Shown here piece by piece: positions 1 to 14,254 of a stretch of DNA of 64,000 bases; within the stretch, counting starts at the first letter, position 1, and each line of letters opens with the position of its first letter. This stretch comes from Xylographa opegraphella (lineage: Eukaryota). Below the pieces are notes generated by a model that was not told the DNA's origin, did no database searches, and worked only from the letters and a program-made list of their open reading frames with translations. The DNA lies in contig JALDZX010000050.1 in assembly GCA_022813865.1 (NCBI GenBank), positions 62,001 to 126,000 of the forward strand, written 5' to 3'. The translations under genes were made by a program, and so were the position numbers.

Positions 1-1788
1 GTCAAGCATGAGTATTTGAGGGTCCCACTGTTTCAAGATCAGTGATAGTCACCGCGGTGATTTGTCTTTCAAGACTTACCGCTGCAGCCACAAAGAAAGT
101 ATCGACACCGCTTCCGACAGGTGTTGTGAAGATCTGGCAGATTTGCAGGCCGATGAGAAAGGCGAAAGCCATGACTACAGCTGTGTATGAACCGCCGGAG
201 TTGTATGCCTAACCGCGGTCAGCTTGCTGGTGTTGCTACATCCTAGATATGGATATAACCTACGGGTTTTGTGAATTCCAGGTACAGATATGCTAACAAC
301 GCAGTGGCATATCCTACAAAGGTGGCACCCATAGTTAATACAGGGCCGATCAAACAATCGTTGACTAAGGCATCAATGCCACGATCTTTCATCATGGTCC
401 AGGTATCTTTAGCGGCGGGAAAATAGGCTTTGCCATACACTACAGCAGGGTTAGTGCATCGCTATCGGCCAGAGATGACTTGACACTTACAGGCAATAAA
501 AGAAAAGGCGTAGCGATTGATAAATTGCACAGCCCAGTCCAGTATCCCGATTATGCATCCAAGACAGCAGAATACCATCGCTCCAACCATGTTACCCTGC
601 GCCCCTTCTTGTTGCTGGGCAATACTGCAGGCCTGGCGAAGCATGTTGATCAATGCCACCACAAGACTTCCTTCAGCAATACTGCCAAAACTGTAGGTAA
701 TGGCTCGCCTAAAAGCGCCCCTTGTAGCACCACTCGGCATACCACCTGGTTTGCCACTACAGAAGTACCAAGATCCATATACACCGGCCACGGTGGTGTG
801 GATTGTGTTCTTTATCCATTCAGAAATCCAATAGCCGGCAAACGTAATGAAGACAATGATGCCAATTACTTTGGCATAAGAACAACTACCGCTAGATGAA
901 CAAGCTGGGTTTGATCCAGAGCTTCCTGCAGGCTGGTATTGCACGTATACTGCCACAAGAGTGACAGAGAACCAGGCTCCAAAGGCAAATGCAACAAGGC
1001 CACCAATGGCACTGACGGTGAAGACATGCCCGTACGTTTTGGCGATGTCCATTGTGGTTTGAAGCATCAAGACGCTAAATGGAATACGAGGGATCCAACT
1101 AATCTGGAAATTGAAGAATCAACACAGGAAGCTCGGCAAGAACAAGAACGAGCAGACTTACGAAGCATATTATACTGAATACTGCGAACAAGAGGAAGAC
1201 GATACCACCAGCGTATTGCTTTCGATAAAGATAATAGATCCCAGTTGCTACTCCGAAGGCAATATTCAGGATTCCAGTGATCCAAATGAATTGCTTGGTG
1301 AATGCTCGCGCCATTGTAAAGTATCCCCACGAAAACACAAACGCCACGACGAGGATGAAGGCAAACAGGACCATGGTGTTCGTGTTCAGGGAGAAGTCGT
1401 TTGAACCATCGTAGATGCCGCCTCCACTGAAGCCCTTGTGTGTGGAATAGCCATGGAGTGATAGACCTGAGACAACAGTAAAGCCCAAGAATGTCAGGAT
1501 AAGCTACGCACAGTTGGTAAGTCTTGGGATTTGTATGGGGACGTCCATATTATGTACCAGTATTCCAAAGACGATATCATTATACTTTGGTTTCTGAACC
1601 TTGAACGCGCTATCGAATGTCTGCTTGTTGTCCAAGTTGCCTTGCGCGCCATATTTCCGGCCATTATCCTGAGCGTAATTTGGTGGAGGCTGCGCATAGC
1701 CGGCTTGGTTTTGTTGATAACCACCTTGCGACTCCATCGAATACTGCTGATTGTAGTAGCCATTCGCGGCACCACCATTGGTAGCCAT
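1..1788 (-). CDS. PNS1: Choline-transporter-like (CTL/SLC44) multi-pass membrane protein Pns1; multi-exon, 3' end runs off the window
   Basis: Exon ORFs 1504-1788, 1099-1488, 462-1070 and 243-440 give a Q/Y/P-rich N-terminus, 'FKVQKPKYND', many TM segments, 'TIHTTVAGVYGSWYF', 'TYSFGSIA', 'NRYAF', 'YGKAYFPAAKDTW' and 'GIDALVNDCL'. GT-AG introns lie between them. Confidence 0.9.
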
Positions 1789-4700
1789 TGTTCAGATGCA
1801 GCACTTGGCACTCAAAATTCGGTAGTTTCTACAATGGAGCTCTCTGCACTGCAGAGTGCCTCCAAAGGATGCTGGTTGAGCACGACGGGTGGATTATCGT
1901 GCTGAATAGATATATTGTGCGGAATAGTCTTTTCCTGTCTAGATCAATGGCATTGATGGAATGAACACGGAAGAAAGAGAATGTGATGAAACGAAATGGG
2001 AGTGACGTTTTGTGTAAGTATTGCGCAGCTGTTAGATGTTGCTTTCCCTGTTTTGAGATCGACAGTCTAGAACCCTAGCTCGACTTTGAGGTCGACCGAT
2101 GGACCCTCAGCTAACTTGACGGGGCTAGCTGTTTCTCGGCAATCTCCTGCTAGTACAAAGGCTAAAACTGTGGTGATATTCGCGTGTTCAGCTAACCCTA
2201 CAGGTACAGTAGCGTACAGTATTAAGGCTTGCCAGTTTGATTGTTTGTACAAATTCAGCAGGAGACATTCGCTTGGGCCGGGCAATCGAGTGTACTACGG
2301 AGTTACGCATGTAAACTTATTCTGGCTCATTAACCACCTATTCTTCAAGTCCGCTCTAATGCTGATAACTAGCTCTCCTGTCTGTTGAAGTCGGTACAGG
2401 ATATATGTCTGCCACTTCCGTACTTAACTCGCCAATAGCCAAGGATATGTGCGTAATGAATTAAGCCGGCTTTGTATAATCAATAAGGTACCTAGGTTGA
2501 CAGCATGATTTTCGTCCAAATGCACTAGTTTTGCTTAGGGTTATGCATGGACAATTCTGTGCGTTACAGGAAACAGCTAACCTACAGATAAGCTAATTAT
2601 TACTCGGAATATCTCTCCTTCCCGTTCGCAGCCTTATGAGCCACCCAAGAAATTGCAATGTGGTGCATGGCGAAGCTGAATGTATCCAGAGCCTGGACCA
2701 ATTGAATAGATCCCGATTTGCCCAACCAAGTTATAAGAGGAAGCTGGAGCTCTATCAGATTCCGACTTGAGTATCCAAATCCGGTACTGAGACTGTGTTT
2801 CCAGCTTTATCTACGAGATTATACACAGGGTTGACAAGGTGGCACAACAAGCGGAAATCCCCATAGATGTAAGAAGAGCCATCTTTCACAAGCTTACTTA
2901 GAGTAGTAATAGAAACTCCTTGACGGATTTAATGCATATGCTCAGCTATATTGTCATATCAGTGACGAACACAAATGACGGCTAGCTAAAACATGCTTTC
3001 TCTCGTTTGCGGCAAAGCATAGCGACTTTGGATGACCAAGTTATAGCTGTCTCTCGAAAGCGAAACTCGGAGGACGCAGATTTGTGAAATAATTAAGGTG
3101 CTGAGCGTGGTTGGGGAATGACGTTATGTGAAGAGCTCACGGCAAGTTCTATCGCCAGTCGAACCGTCACTGACGGCGTCCCTTGTTGTGTCGATGACTA
3201 CTACCGCGAGAGAAGCCCAACAACATTCGACATGGGTAAACTCTGCAAATGAACACGTCAGAGCATACTGATTTCGAAGATTCTATGAGTACTACCAATT
3301 GAAGGCAATCGGTGCTTTTTATCTATAAGTACCAACACGTCTTATGAAACGTTCCCATTTTACCTGATACATGTTCTGTCTCAGTTAGCTTGACCGTTAC
3401 CTTCGCATATTCCTAGGCCAGGCAGAGGTCAAGTCCAGCCATGCGAGTTTAAGTTGTCTTTATGCATTTGAAGAAGAACGTTCGAAGCCGGTAGCCACAC
3501 ATTGACTTGTCAGGCGTAGACTTGCCAAGATAATTGGAAGAGCCATCCAGGTAAAAGCAATGGAATACTGCGCGCAGACACCACGGCGCTTGCAGCGGAC
3601 ATGGCTTCCGACTTGCCAACCAGTCAGCAAATAATCTGAGTGACTGCGTTCCCAGCCTCAACCTCGTTCGGAAACATCTCCTCACAAAGCTAACTTTTCA
3701 TAAGGTTTCAGATTGAAGAATGTCCAGCAACCCGCGCGGCAGCGTGACAAGGGTACGTAAGAACATGTGAGACCGGAGGACACAGTTTTGAACGCTTCTC
3801 TGAACAAAAGCGTCTTTGCGTACACGAGCTGCCTGGCTAGCCATCCGAAAGCATGACAGCCCCTCATGTGTTCTGACTCGGCGATGCATCTCCAGACTGA
3901 CTCAAGAGACATTGGGTGCGCGTCAATTCAATCGAACACTTCATGGAGTTGTTACTTGGAGCCCCTGGTGGTAGGTCAACGTTTGCAACAAGTATCCACT
4001 AAGAAAAGATCCGGTATTCGACTTGTATGACCCACACTTATCCCTGAAGGCACAACGATATGAAAACAAGCTTTGGCAATGAGAGCAGCATGATTTGATG
4101 ACCGATAACGGCTGCAGCAGGAACTGGTTCTGGATTGGAAACAGCTATATACGAATCTCGTAAATACCTTTGTCATGGCTAGTCGAAAAACGGAAAGGCA
4201 CGGCGCTCGTTCTCGCTCTTGAGGCTCGCGGAAATCCTGAAATATGGTTAATATCATAGTTTGAACAGCTAAAGTATCTTGTGAAAGTACCAACGACGAC
4301 CGCAAATTCCCATAGACAGGGTACTCTACCAAATCCAGTGGAGCCCAGAAATCCCAGCCCAGTAGAATCTCAGTGCTATTTTTGAGACGTGGTCGGACCA
4401 GTTCGAATACACGGTACATCATAAAACTTGAAATCTAAGCGGAATAAAGAAGACGGGAATTCAATTCCGTCTCCCGCATCGAGCCAAAATTGGGCGCAAA
4501 GAGTATGATTTGTTCAGTAGAGATTCCAACATACAGGATGAAGCGATTCATACAGCATCTGTCGTACCCCAGCAGGTTTAAATCTTTGCCTTGGGAAATG
4601 GACGCGTCTCTACACAAAGTTTTCAGATCCTCCCCATGCTCGGTTGGCTAGGATAAGCGAAAGGTAACTTATACGCAACTGTTCTCATTGAGGCTCTTCA

Positions 4701-5985
4701 ATGCCCCTCTGTGGTGTGATAAAGGGGCGTGGCGCCACTCCCATGCGCCAGTGATGGTGGCTAAAGAGAGTATCTGTGTGCAACAACACACCAAACACAG
4801 AAAACGTGCCCGTCTTTGTGTATCATGCTAAGCTCAACCGACTGGCGCACGCGACTGAGGTCAGAACGGTTGTGGTCAGACGTGAGCCAAACGCCTCACA
4901 AGAATGCCATGATTCAGCCCTGGCCGAAGGTGCAGTAAGAGTCGCCATTCAGTATGCTTGGTGCTGTTATGCGATCGTGACGGGCTTGCAGTTCAACAGC
5001 TCAGCCCACGAATCATTGGTAACACGCGTTTCATCAATGCCGAGATGTCAGAGCGCCGCCTGAGAGAAGATACCAGAGGAAGCTTGTTTTGTCGCATAGA
5101 TAGTTGCGGAACAGAGATCGAGCAGTCCGCAATGGGCTGACCAGCAACAGGGTGATGTCGAAGACGAGCTGGGGGCGTTTCCAGGGAGGTGGGTCGGAAA
5201 AGATCACAGAGACATCCCCCTCTGATAGACTGACCTCCAACTCGCATCCGTGTGCACGCCAATTCCTGGTGTATGGACAAAACGGAAGCTGGTAGCTAGG
5301 TAGCTGGATTCGAGTATCTGAAGTCTAAACACAGTTATCGTTAGACGCCGTAGAAAACAGATGGGGGACGAAAGCATAATCCACCACCGAGACCCGCTCT
5401 CCAGGCTCCCCCTGGCCCAAGTTTGGATCTCCATCGCTCAACCGTCCATACCTCCGCTGAACGTGTTGACTTCGTCCCAAGTTTAACCAGGATGCTCAGA
5501 AGGATCCCCGACTGGCGGGACGCTATGACCGCTCTAACGTGCGGAGCGTGCTTCTTCGCCTAAAAGGCTAGGCGCGCGAATGTTAGAGGGGGAAATGCCA
5601 TCGGAGCGACATACTCGATTGCGGTGCAATCGTTGCCTACGGATCCAAGTCTCTGCTCTATGTGCACTCGGTGCTCACAGGTATCTTGTGGTATCGCTAC
5701 CTAAATATCACAAGCGATCCTGGTGACAGCGGGCCCCGGAAGTGTATGGGTCTCACTGGAACGAACATGTCACGGCCATGCTAGATCTGTCTGCTATACG
5801 TCCGAGGTCGCCACCTAGCTCTGATTACCTTGCTGCTTGCTCTTTAAACAGCGTCCTTCTATAGCCCAAGCTGATCGCTCCGGGGTGTTACCCGCGAGAC
5901 CTAGGCGGTCGCTATACCGGTTGCTCCTCTGACGTGCCTGCGCTTTGTCAGACCTTCATATCTACGTTGCCAGCGTAGGCGTGTC

Positions 5986-6090
5986 ATGGAGACCACGTAT
6001 CGGGATCACTTACACATTCATAAAATCAAGACCAAGGAGCGTCCCCCTCGATACACGTCCCCGTGGCACAGGGGCACCAACAAATCATGA
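5986..6090 (+). promoter_or_regulatory. Candidate 34-codon upstream ORF whose TGA overlaps the transcription-factor ATG (ATGA)
   Basis: ATG at 5986 reads METTYRDHLHIHKIKTKERPPRYTSPWHRGTNKS with stop at 6088-6090. The main ATG is at 6087-6089. Confidence 0.4.
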
Positions 6091-9000
6091 GCCCTCTTTC
6101 ACCTGTTAAGAGGATCACACAGCAAGTCAAGACGGAAAAAGCATTGAAAAGTCCACCTTCGTCCGTCTCGGACGTCTCCATCCAAGACTCGGAATCTTTG
6201 AGAGGACGGCGTCAGGATCGGGATAGTACCGACGACGGAAAAGCCGAGGACATCAGCGGAGATGACGTGGAAGATATAGGTTCGAAGCCTAGCAACGGGC
6301 AGCATCGAAAGAGAAAACGAAGTAGGAAGGGACTCGACAAAAAGTATCATTGCCCTCAGGGAGGTTGTGGTAAAAGCTATTCTCGAGCTGAACATCTCTA
6401 TCGCCATCAATTAAACCGTGAGTTTTGCTGTCCACCTTATTGCAAAATGTACACTCATGTCGGAATGCAGATACACCTAAGCAAATTTACAAATGCGATT
6501 TTCCCGATTGTACCCGACAGTTCGTGAGGCAGGATCTCTGTGCTCGGCACCGAGAACGGCATACGACTCGTGGAGCGCATCTACAGCGGAAAGATTCTTA
6601 TCTGCATAGCGGGGACACCATGCAAGCTCAGCAATACCCGCAACAAAATCATGAGCTATTAAATCAGCATCTCCAGTCGATTCATGATCAACACCACAGT
6701 ACAATGTCGAAGAATGGTCATTTCCATCCACCTGCACTTGATGTGCCTACCGTGCCACATCGATCAGTTATGCCCGCTCCTGGGAACTTGGCAAATCACG
6801 CTCGTTCCACCAGCTCTACTCCTCTAGGGGATCAATTCAGATCACCGCAGCCTTACCATTCTCCTGCTAGTGCATCCACATACGCACCGCTCTCCGCCCT
6901 CACCCGCTCGAACAGTGACGGCCAGTATTACGGCGAATCTGCCGGTAATGGATATGATTCTTCGCAAACACTGAGACATATGACAACCCCTAGTTATGAT
7001 GCCAACCAGCGACATGCTAGCTTTGGGTCCTCAAATTCCGTTGGCTTCACACCCGCCAACTCAGACCCACGGATCACACAGGGTGCTGGCCCGACCTCTT
7101 CGAGTCCAGCACAACGTCGTACGGGGCCCGTATCATATGCGCTTTCGAATGGCATGGCCAATCAACAGGGTTTGAGGCAGCTTGGTGTGAACGGTGGTTA
7201 TATTCCTCATCAACAAATTCCGACCGTAACGCTTCCGCCCCCGTCAAATTCCATGATCCAACACACTGGACACTCAAATTTCTCTCAAGGTGTAAATTCC
7301 CCTGTCAGCTTCGATAATTCAAAGAGCATGCATGGCACCATGAGCAACGTCACGGATTCCCCTACGGCAATGGATACATCTGTTCCTGTGTTTGGTGGTG
7401 AAGGGTATGCTCCATCGCCTTCCGCAATCACGGACGATTTTGCGGCATGGCTTGGGCTAATCAACGACCCTCACTACAATGTCGTTTCCCCTCCTTTAGG
7501 CTTTCATTCTGGAGCGGCGCCCAACGATGGCCAGTTATTCATGGAAGTTCCCGCTGGCAATTCCGCTACGGACATTGGATTACCTATGCTCCCACCGCAG
7601 CACCCAATGGCTGTAACCAGCATCCTCGACTCGTCTTTTCCTGAAACTATACTATCCGAGCAAAAGCGGCAGGATATACTGGACTTGATTCGTACACGAT
7701 TCAATGAAACTAACCATGCTCCAGTTCATAGGCAGAAGGAAGAACTCCTGTCTGGTGATTCCGAAGACGACCGTCATGTACTAAGTTTGAGAATGATGCA
7801 GAATTATATCGGATCATACTGGTACCACTTCCATCCACAAATGCCTATACTGCACAAGCCCACTTTCTCTGCCGATAAAGCGAAGAACCTGCTACTTATT
7901 GCCGTGATTGCTATAGGCGCTTCTTGCCTGGACAAGATGCACGGCCGAGACATTACCCAAGCCGGTGCTGATTTGTCAAGATTTCTGGCTTGGCACCTGC
8001 GAGGTGAGATCTTTACAGATAAAGATTTTAGCCCCCCTGCCAAGCTATGGGTTTTCCAAGCGCTCTTACTCCTAGAAGTCTACGAAAAAATGTATTCGAC
8101 GCGTAATCTACATGAACGGGCGCATATCCATCACGCAACCACCTTAACACTGATGCGGCGCGGGAGAACACTTCGAGGGCGATCAGCACTGGACTCACCA
8201 CCTAGCCTTAACGAGGTAAAATTGCCGAAGTCTCCCATCGGATCTCCCGCTGCAATTGCAGATACGCCCGACTCTTGGTGGAATCATTGGATCACTAATG
8301 AGGCTACACGCCGAGTAGCATTTGCTGCCTTCGTCATCGATGGTACGCATGCAACCATGTTTGGACATTCAGCAACAATGGTGGCTCACGAGATGCGATT
8401 GCCACTTCCTTGTGACGAGTCATTATGGTCAGCGACAAGTGGATTGGAGGTTGCCAGAATTGAAGCGAATTTCCAGTCTGATGGTATCAAGCCGACTCCC
8501 TACCTCGAAGCTTTGAAGCGGACGCTCAGTGGCGAACCTGTTCGGACAAATTCCTTTGGGCGAACCGCTTTAATGGCTGGCCTCCTGAGCGTAACTTGGC
8601 ATATGAACCAGCGAGATTTGCAAGTACGCTCTCTCGGAGTGATTGGAGGCAAGGACTTGTGGCGTGGGACTCTTACAAAGGCTTTCGATCACTGGGAGAA
8701 CGATTTCGACTCAAGTGGCGCGAAAGGTCTCAGAGGCTATTCGCCTCCTGCTTATCACCCTGGGAAGTTGGACGAAGAAAATATATTTGAAAGTCGGACT
8801 GTGCTTCATCATTTGGCTCATATGGCAATGCATGTAGATATCGTTCAGTGTCAGATCTTTGCTAAAGCCAACCGGTTGCTCGGCCGAACAATCACACCAC
8901 CAGACTACAACACCGCTCAAAGGTACATTCGACTGATGTGGGCACCGAAACCAAGCGCCCGGGATGCCACATTTTACGCACTCAAATTTCTCTCCCAGGT

Positions 9001-9465
9001 CCTTGCGCCGGAACTGCTGCCTCCCGGTCATGCGTCTCAAACAATAATTGGTATGGACGGCTCTGGAGAATATAGTGCCAGAGACGATTTCTTGCTCAAT
9101 CGGCCTTGGGTTCTGTACTTTGCTGCGCTCGTAGTTTGGTCTTACGGGTTCGCGCTCGATGGTCCTATACAACCTCGACCAATACTTGATACTATTGAAC
9201 AGCAAAAACAAGATATGCGTCACTTTCTGAAACGAACCAGTGCGATAAGATCCCCTCAAGATCTTGAAGAACTCCAAGATAGAAATGCCTGTATGGGACT
9301 ACTTATGGTCCTTCGAGACGAGTTCAGGGCATGCCAATGGGAGGTATGTGTCTTTTGTTCTTCGCAATATCAGTCGTTACCTTACCCTTACTGATGTTCT
9401 TCACTTAGCTCATGCACGAGGCTAGTTTCCTTTTGAACAACTGCGTAGAAATGCTGCAAGGCTAG
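6087..9465 (+). CDS. C2H2 zinc-finger transcription factor with fungal-specific TF (middle homology) domain, YPR022C/Sdd4-like; 3 exons (~6087-6417, 6471-9342, 9409-9465)
   Basis: Two fingers (CPQGGCGKSYSRAEHLYRHQLN; CDFPDCTRQFVRQDLCARHRERH), a preceding basic NLS-like RKRKRSRK, and domain motifs 'YWYHFHPQMPILHKPTF', 'EATRRVAFAAFVID' and 'LPLPCDESLW'. Introns gtgagt..cag and gtatgt..tag. Confidence 0.88.
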
Positions 9466-10639
9466 CGGACGGGAGGTACGAAAATCACTTACTGGCGGCA
9501 AACCATTCAGCTTTTATCGCAAGCGGGAGATACCCTATGGCGTTGAGCGGCAAGTTATGATTTGTTGGCGGCTGAATTTAGCGGTTTGGACTGGTGCTCC
9601 GGGGATGGGATGGTCCTGTAGCTTGCGTTTACAAAAGTCACCTGTCTTTTTACACATCCGATTTGTTTTGTAGAATTTGAGGCGCTCTTGTCACGATAGG
9701 ACGATATCTGTATGATGGAGTTAATACTTTTTAATCCACTTTTGCGATATTGCGCGGAAGTACAACTATATCACTATATTCATAAACCACAATTTTCAGG
9801 CTTGACTCGATAGTCCCTCTCAAGCGGGCTCTACTGGACTGAAATAGCTTTATTCATTTGTAGCCTACCATACCGCGTGTACAATACAAAATTAGCTCCT
9901 ACGTGGCGATTGTTCTAGTCTCCTCGCAAGCGAGGTTGCCGTCGATTCCCATTAGCCATACGGTTGCGTAGAGATAGGCACGAGTTGCTAACTAGGTATT
10001 GACAACCACAAGAGCACCCTCAATCCGACCGACAATTTTCAGATTCATCCATTATACATACTACTGCCGTCCGGCGCATCTTGACTTGGAAACCGGAAGC
10101 CGAGATTCTTCGTCAATTGATCCTTGCCAGAAAAAGTGCACACCGTTTGCAACCGTTTACGCAAAGTTTGATAGGCACATCCTGAATAATAAGCTGCAAA
10201 AGTCCAGTTGGTGACTTAAGCTTTTCAATCGTCATTAAGTTGCCCATCCTAATCAACATGAAAGATACCCGATTGAGTACGAGCTATTTGACGAGCTGTT
10301 GCAGTATAACTCTTCAACCCTCTCGCCTATTGAGTCAAGCCGAACACCAATGGAATATCGGAACCAGAAACCCTAGCGCCAAACCAGTGCTAGTGCCAGT
10401 AGAAACGGCCGGCTTTCCTTGGCCCGAGCCTAAGGCTGCCTATCCGGCACTAAACGTCTCCGCCAAAGGAGTTTTGCGTCATTTCGTCGCTCGATGTTCA
10501 GCTATGCATGCACAAACTATAAACAATTTTGACTTACAATTTCAACTGATTTTGACCCGACAAAGTCTCAAGCTGATGGCGATACAAAGGTGACTCCGTA
10601 TATATAATGCTATCTAAATGACTCTTATGACAATTCAAC

Positions 10640-11272
10640 ATGGCTCCTCAGAAGATCGAGGCTCCTGGAGCAAGAGAGAAGCAACCAGGTCCGACACCTG
10701 TGATTACTTCTTTAAAGAGTCGTCGCATAGTTGCACCAACAACGAACAATGGGAATACCGCAAAAGAGGCAACAGCATTGCCCCAAACCTTCGAAGGCTC
10801 TAATGGACAGCAAACGACTCTGGAGGCTGCCGGTGGAGTGAGTCAACCGATTCTATCCGCGTACTAATATGATAACTTGGCTGACGATCTAATTTCACAA
10901 AGATCAACTGGACCACCATAGACCGTTCTACTCTTCACGCCTATCGTCATGCCTATCGTCTCAACACGCCTTCCGCCTTCACGTGCGCTCACAATCAACT
11001 TGTCCTCACAGGTCCTGGTCTGGGAAGGTATTCACCGACAATGGCAAGAATGAAAGATCGGAGGAGAGTCAGCAAGGAAAACCTCGCGCTGGCGGTAAGG
11101 AAAGACTTCAATGCTGCAGCTGTGATTGAGCAAGAAGTTGTGACTTCATTCTTGTATAGCGTGCATAATCAGAGTGGGCATCTCCGGGTCCAGACTGCTC
11201 AAGAGTCGTCGATGTTAACTTTGCACAGATAAACATTTTAGAATGAGATTCGCGCCATCGAGGTCGAAGTAA
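10640..11272 (+). CDS. SAP30-like Sin3/Rpd3 histone deacetylase complex subunit; 3 exons
   Basis: Spliced product contains 'INWTTIDRSTLHAYRHAYRL' and 'SKENLALAVRKDFNAAAVIEQEVVTSFLYSV', matching the SAP30 Sin3-binding domain pattern. Introns ~10838-10902 and 11174-11228. TATA-like TATATATAA near 10599. Confidence 0.75.
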
Positions 11273-11781
11273 AGGGAGATACATACTAGGATATGCGATG
11301 GCACTTGGCTTGGATTTAGTTGAGGTAACCACAAATTTTGCATATATGGCGTTGTAATCACAAATAGAACTGAGCTATCTATCCAAGGTTGATTGCTATC
11401 AGTGGATAGAAGGGGTCGGGCATTGGGCATGTCATCACTCTACGATAAAGACTGTCAACCGACATGAGTCATAACGTATTGAGGAAGATCATACATGATG
11501 TCCCATACAGAATAAAATTCAGTAATTGTATTGCTTGATAAAGCCTCCACTCAGTGAAGTCAATCACATTTGATGATCAGATATAAGCATATTTGATATC
11601 AGCCAATCGGAGGCCACCTCTTAGTGAGCCGATTGCCGAAGAACTTTTTTGCGGCATCCATCTCGTTGTCGTCGACACGAAACGTTATGATTTTGCAGTC
11701 GTCTATATGACCGGGCAAGGTTGATGAAACCGCAATATTTGCATATCGGAAGACGTGTATACTTCCTAAGTGTTTGAAAAG

Positions 11782-13529
11782 ATGAATGTTGCAGGGTCGA
11801 CCTTGCAGACGAGAGCAGCGATACCCATCCGCCTGCTAAACACATCGGCACCATGCCAGAGATATCGCATCACAAGGAGAGCCCAGACACGGAATCACCA
11901 CGACAGCGTATTCTGTTCTCTCAGAAGACCGTCGCCTATCAAGACGTCTGAGACATGGTGGAGCCCCGCTAGTCCCTGCAAGAGAGTGAGCAGCTACACT
12001 TTAAACCACCAGGACTTGCAGAACATGACTCACTATTACATAGTATTTTGAATCTTCTACTCCAAGCTTCGCGACCAAGGACCCGTACAAAGTGCTCGGC
12101 GTCGGCAAAAGCTCCTCAGCAGCTGACATCAAAAAGGCCTACTATTCTCTGGCTAAGAAATACCATCCTGATACCAACAAGGATGCAGGTGCGAAGGATC
12201 GCTTCTCCGAAGCTCAGTCTGCATACGAGATGCTATCGGATCCTAAGAAGAAAGAGGCATGGGACAACTATGGCGCTGCGGCATTCGACCAAGGTGCCGG
12301 CTTTGATCCCAGCGGTGGCGCGGGGCCTGGCGGACCTTTCTCCGGAGCGGCGGGCGGAGGATTCGGTGGTCAGGGCGGCTTTGGCGGACAAGGTGGCTTC
12401 AGTGGAGACTTCAACTTTGAGGATTTGTTCGGAGCATTTGGCGGCAATGCAAGGAGAGGCAGGGGCTCACGGCAATCACCATTCCAAGAGGAAATCCTCG
12501 TCGGAGAAAACATCGAAGTGCAAACCAATATAAGCTTCATGGATGCCGCAAAAGGGATTAGCAAGGATATACATATTACCCCGCTCACGACATGCAAGAC
12601 TTGTAACGGTGGCGGTCTTAAAAGGGGACAATCGAGAACTTCATGTAAGACCTGTGGTGGAACAGGCACGAGAGTACATTTTATGCAGGCTGGATTTCAA
12701 ATGGCAAGCACCTGTGAAAACTGTGGCGGACAGGGTGTGGTCATACCCAAGGGTGGAGAGTGTAATACGTGTAACGGAAATGGGGTAGTAAAGGAACGTA
12801 AGACGGTGACTGTGGAGATTCCAGGCGGAGTTGAAGATGGCATGCGATTACGAGTCAATAACGAGGGAGACGCTCCACCAACAGGGACCGCGGCGAATCC
12901 TCAAGCACGCTCATCACGGGGTGATCTTTATGTCTTCATAAGGGTGGCACCGGATTCGAAGTTCAGTCGGCAAGGCTCAGATGTGCTCTATACTGCGGCT
13001 ATTCCGCTCACCACGGCCTTGCTTGGGGGCGAAGTCACAGTACCAACTCTTGATGGAGAGGTCAAAGTCAAGGTTGCGACAGGTACAGGGACCGGAGACA
13101 AAATCACCTTGAGCGGAATGGGTATGCGAAGGCTTGGCGGACGAAGGAGAGAAGCGGGAGACCTCCGGGTAGAATTCAAAATATCTATGCCGAAGTATCT
13201 CAGCTCAAATCAAAGGACTATCCTGGAAATGCTTGCAGACGAGATGAACGACAAGACCGCTAAGAGAGTGATGAACGTTGGGAAGACGAGGTAGGCTGAA
13301 CTCAACTGCCTGCTTTTGTTTATCTTCCTGCCTAACATAGTCTAGATCCTCGACGAGCTCCGAATCTGCTTCCAGCAAATCTGCTGAAACACACAAGAAT
13401 GAGGGCTTCCTGAAGTCGGCGTGGCATAATTTGACTGGCCAGCACAACCATCTTGACGACGAGTTGTACAAGACAGGGGGGTCTGAAAAGACGGACGAGG
13501 AACCGAAGAAGGCGTCTGGTTCTGGCTAA
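11782..13529 (+). CDS. MDJ1: Mitochondrial type I DnaJ/Hsp40 co-chaperone; 3 exons
   Basis: Arg/Ser-rich presequence-like first exon, J domain with HPD, G/F-rich linker, four CxxCxGxG repeats and a C-terminal DnaJ domain. Introns ~11986-12043 and ~13290-13340. Confidence 0.9.
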
Positions 13530-14254
13530 AGATGGAGGATGACAGAGTTTTTTGTACTATATTGAACTACATGTTTACATAGCGACGGCGGTAAGGGCAA
13601 TATCTCAATGCATCTGAGCTGGTTTTGTCTTCAATAGATATATAGAATCTTGGCTATATAGCCAACTAATTTCTGGAAACCAAAAGTGCTCTGCCATCGA
13701 ATAATACATCTTGTGCCCTTATGCTGATGAATGCTAGAATAGTCAGCCTAAATCATCGGCTGGCTCGACGCTCGACACACTCTTGTTGGAGAGTCTGACT
13801 GGCTTCCTGAAGAGTCGAGGGCGGTTAGCAAGGCGCGGAGATACTCTCCGGACTTTAGGATAAGACTACGCCATGCTCCAGCTCCTACCCCCGCGTGTCT
13901 ATACCGAATCTTACGTCGAAATAGATATTCGTAACCGCCGTTGATGCCAAGCAAAGGCGCTGTACACAAACACCATAGCTCGACAGCAAACAGTTTTCTG
14001 TGAATACTGCGCCGCCTCATGAGGTGGAACTCTGCTTTAGAGCGCTCATGACACCTTGAAAGTTCAGTCGTCTCGGCTTCGTGTGCTATCAGGACTGAGC
14101 TTTCCAATCAACTCATGCGGCACCCGGGAGCTCGAATCATGATCCGTTGAAGTTCACTAACACTTTTGCGCTCGTACGTCGATGTGATCATACAAAAGGT
14201 TCCTAACAGCAAGACTAAGAGATTCTCTATTTCCCCCCAGCAGACTTTACCACA

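Noticed and set aside
2535..2543. TTAGGGTTA as a telomerase RNA template (TAACCCTAA on the minus strand)
   Set aside because: A single 9-mer is unsurprising by chance in 64 kb read on both strands, and I could not identify a pseudoknot or CR4/5-like element nearby.
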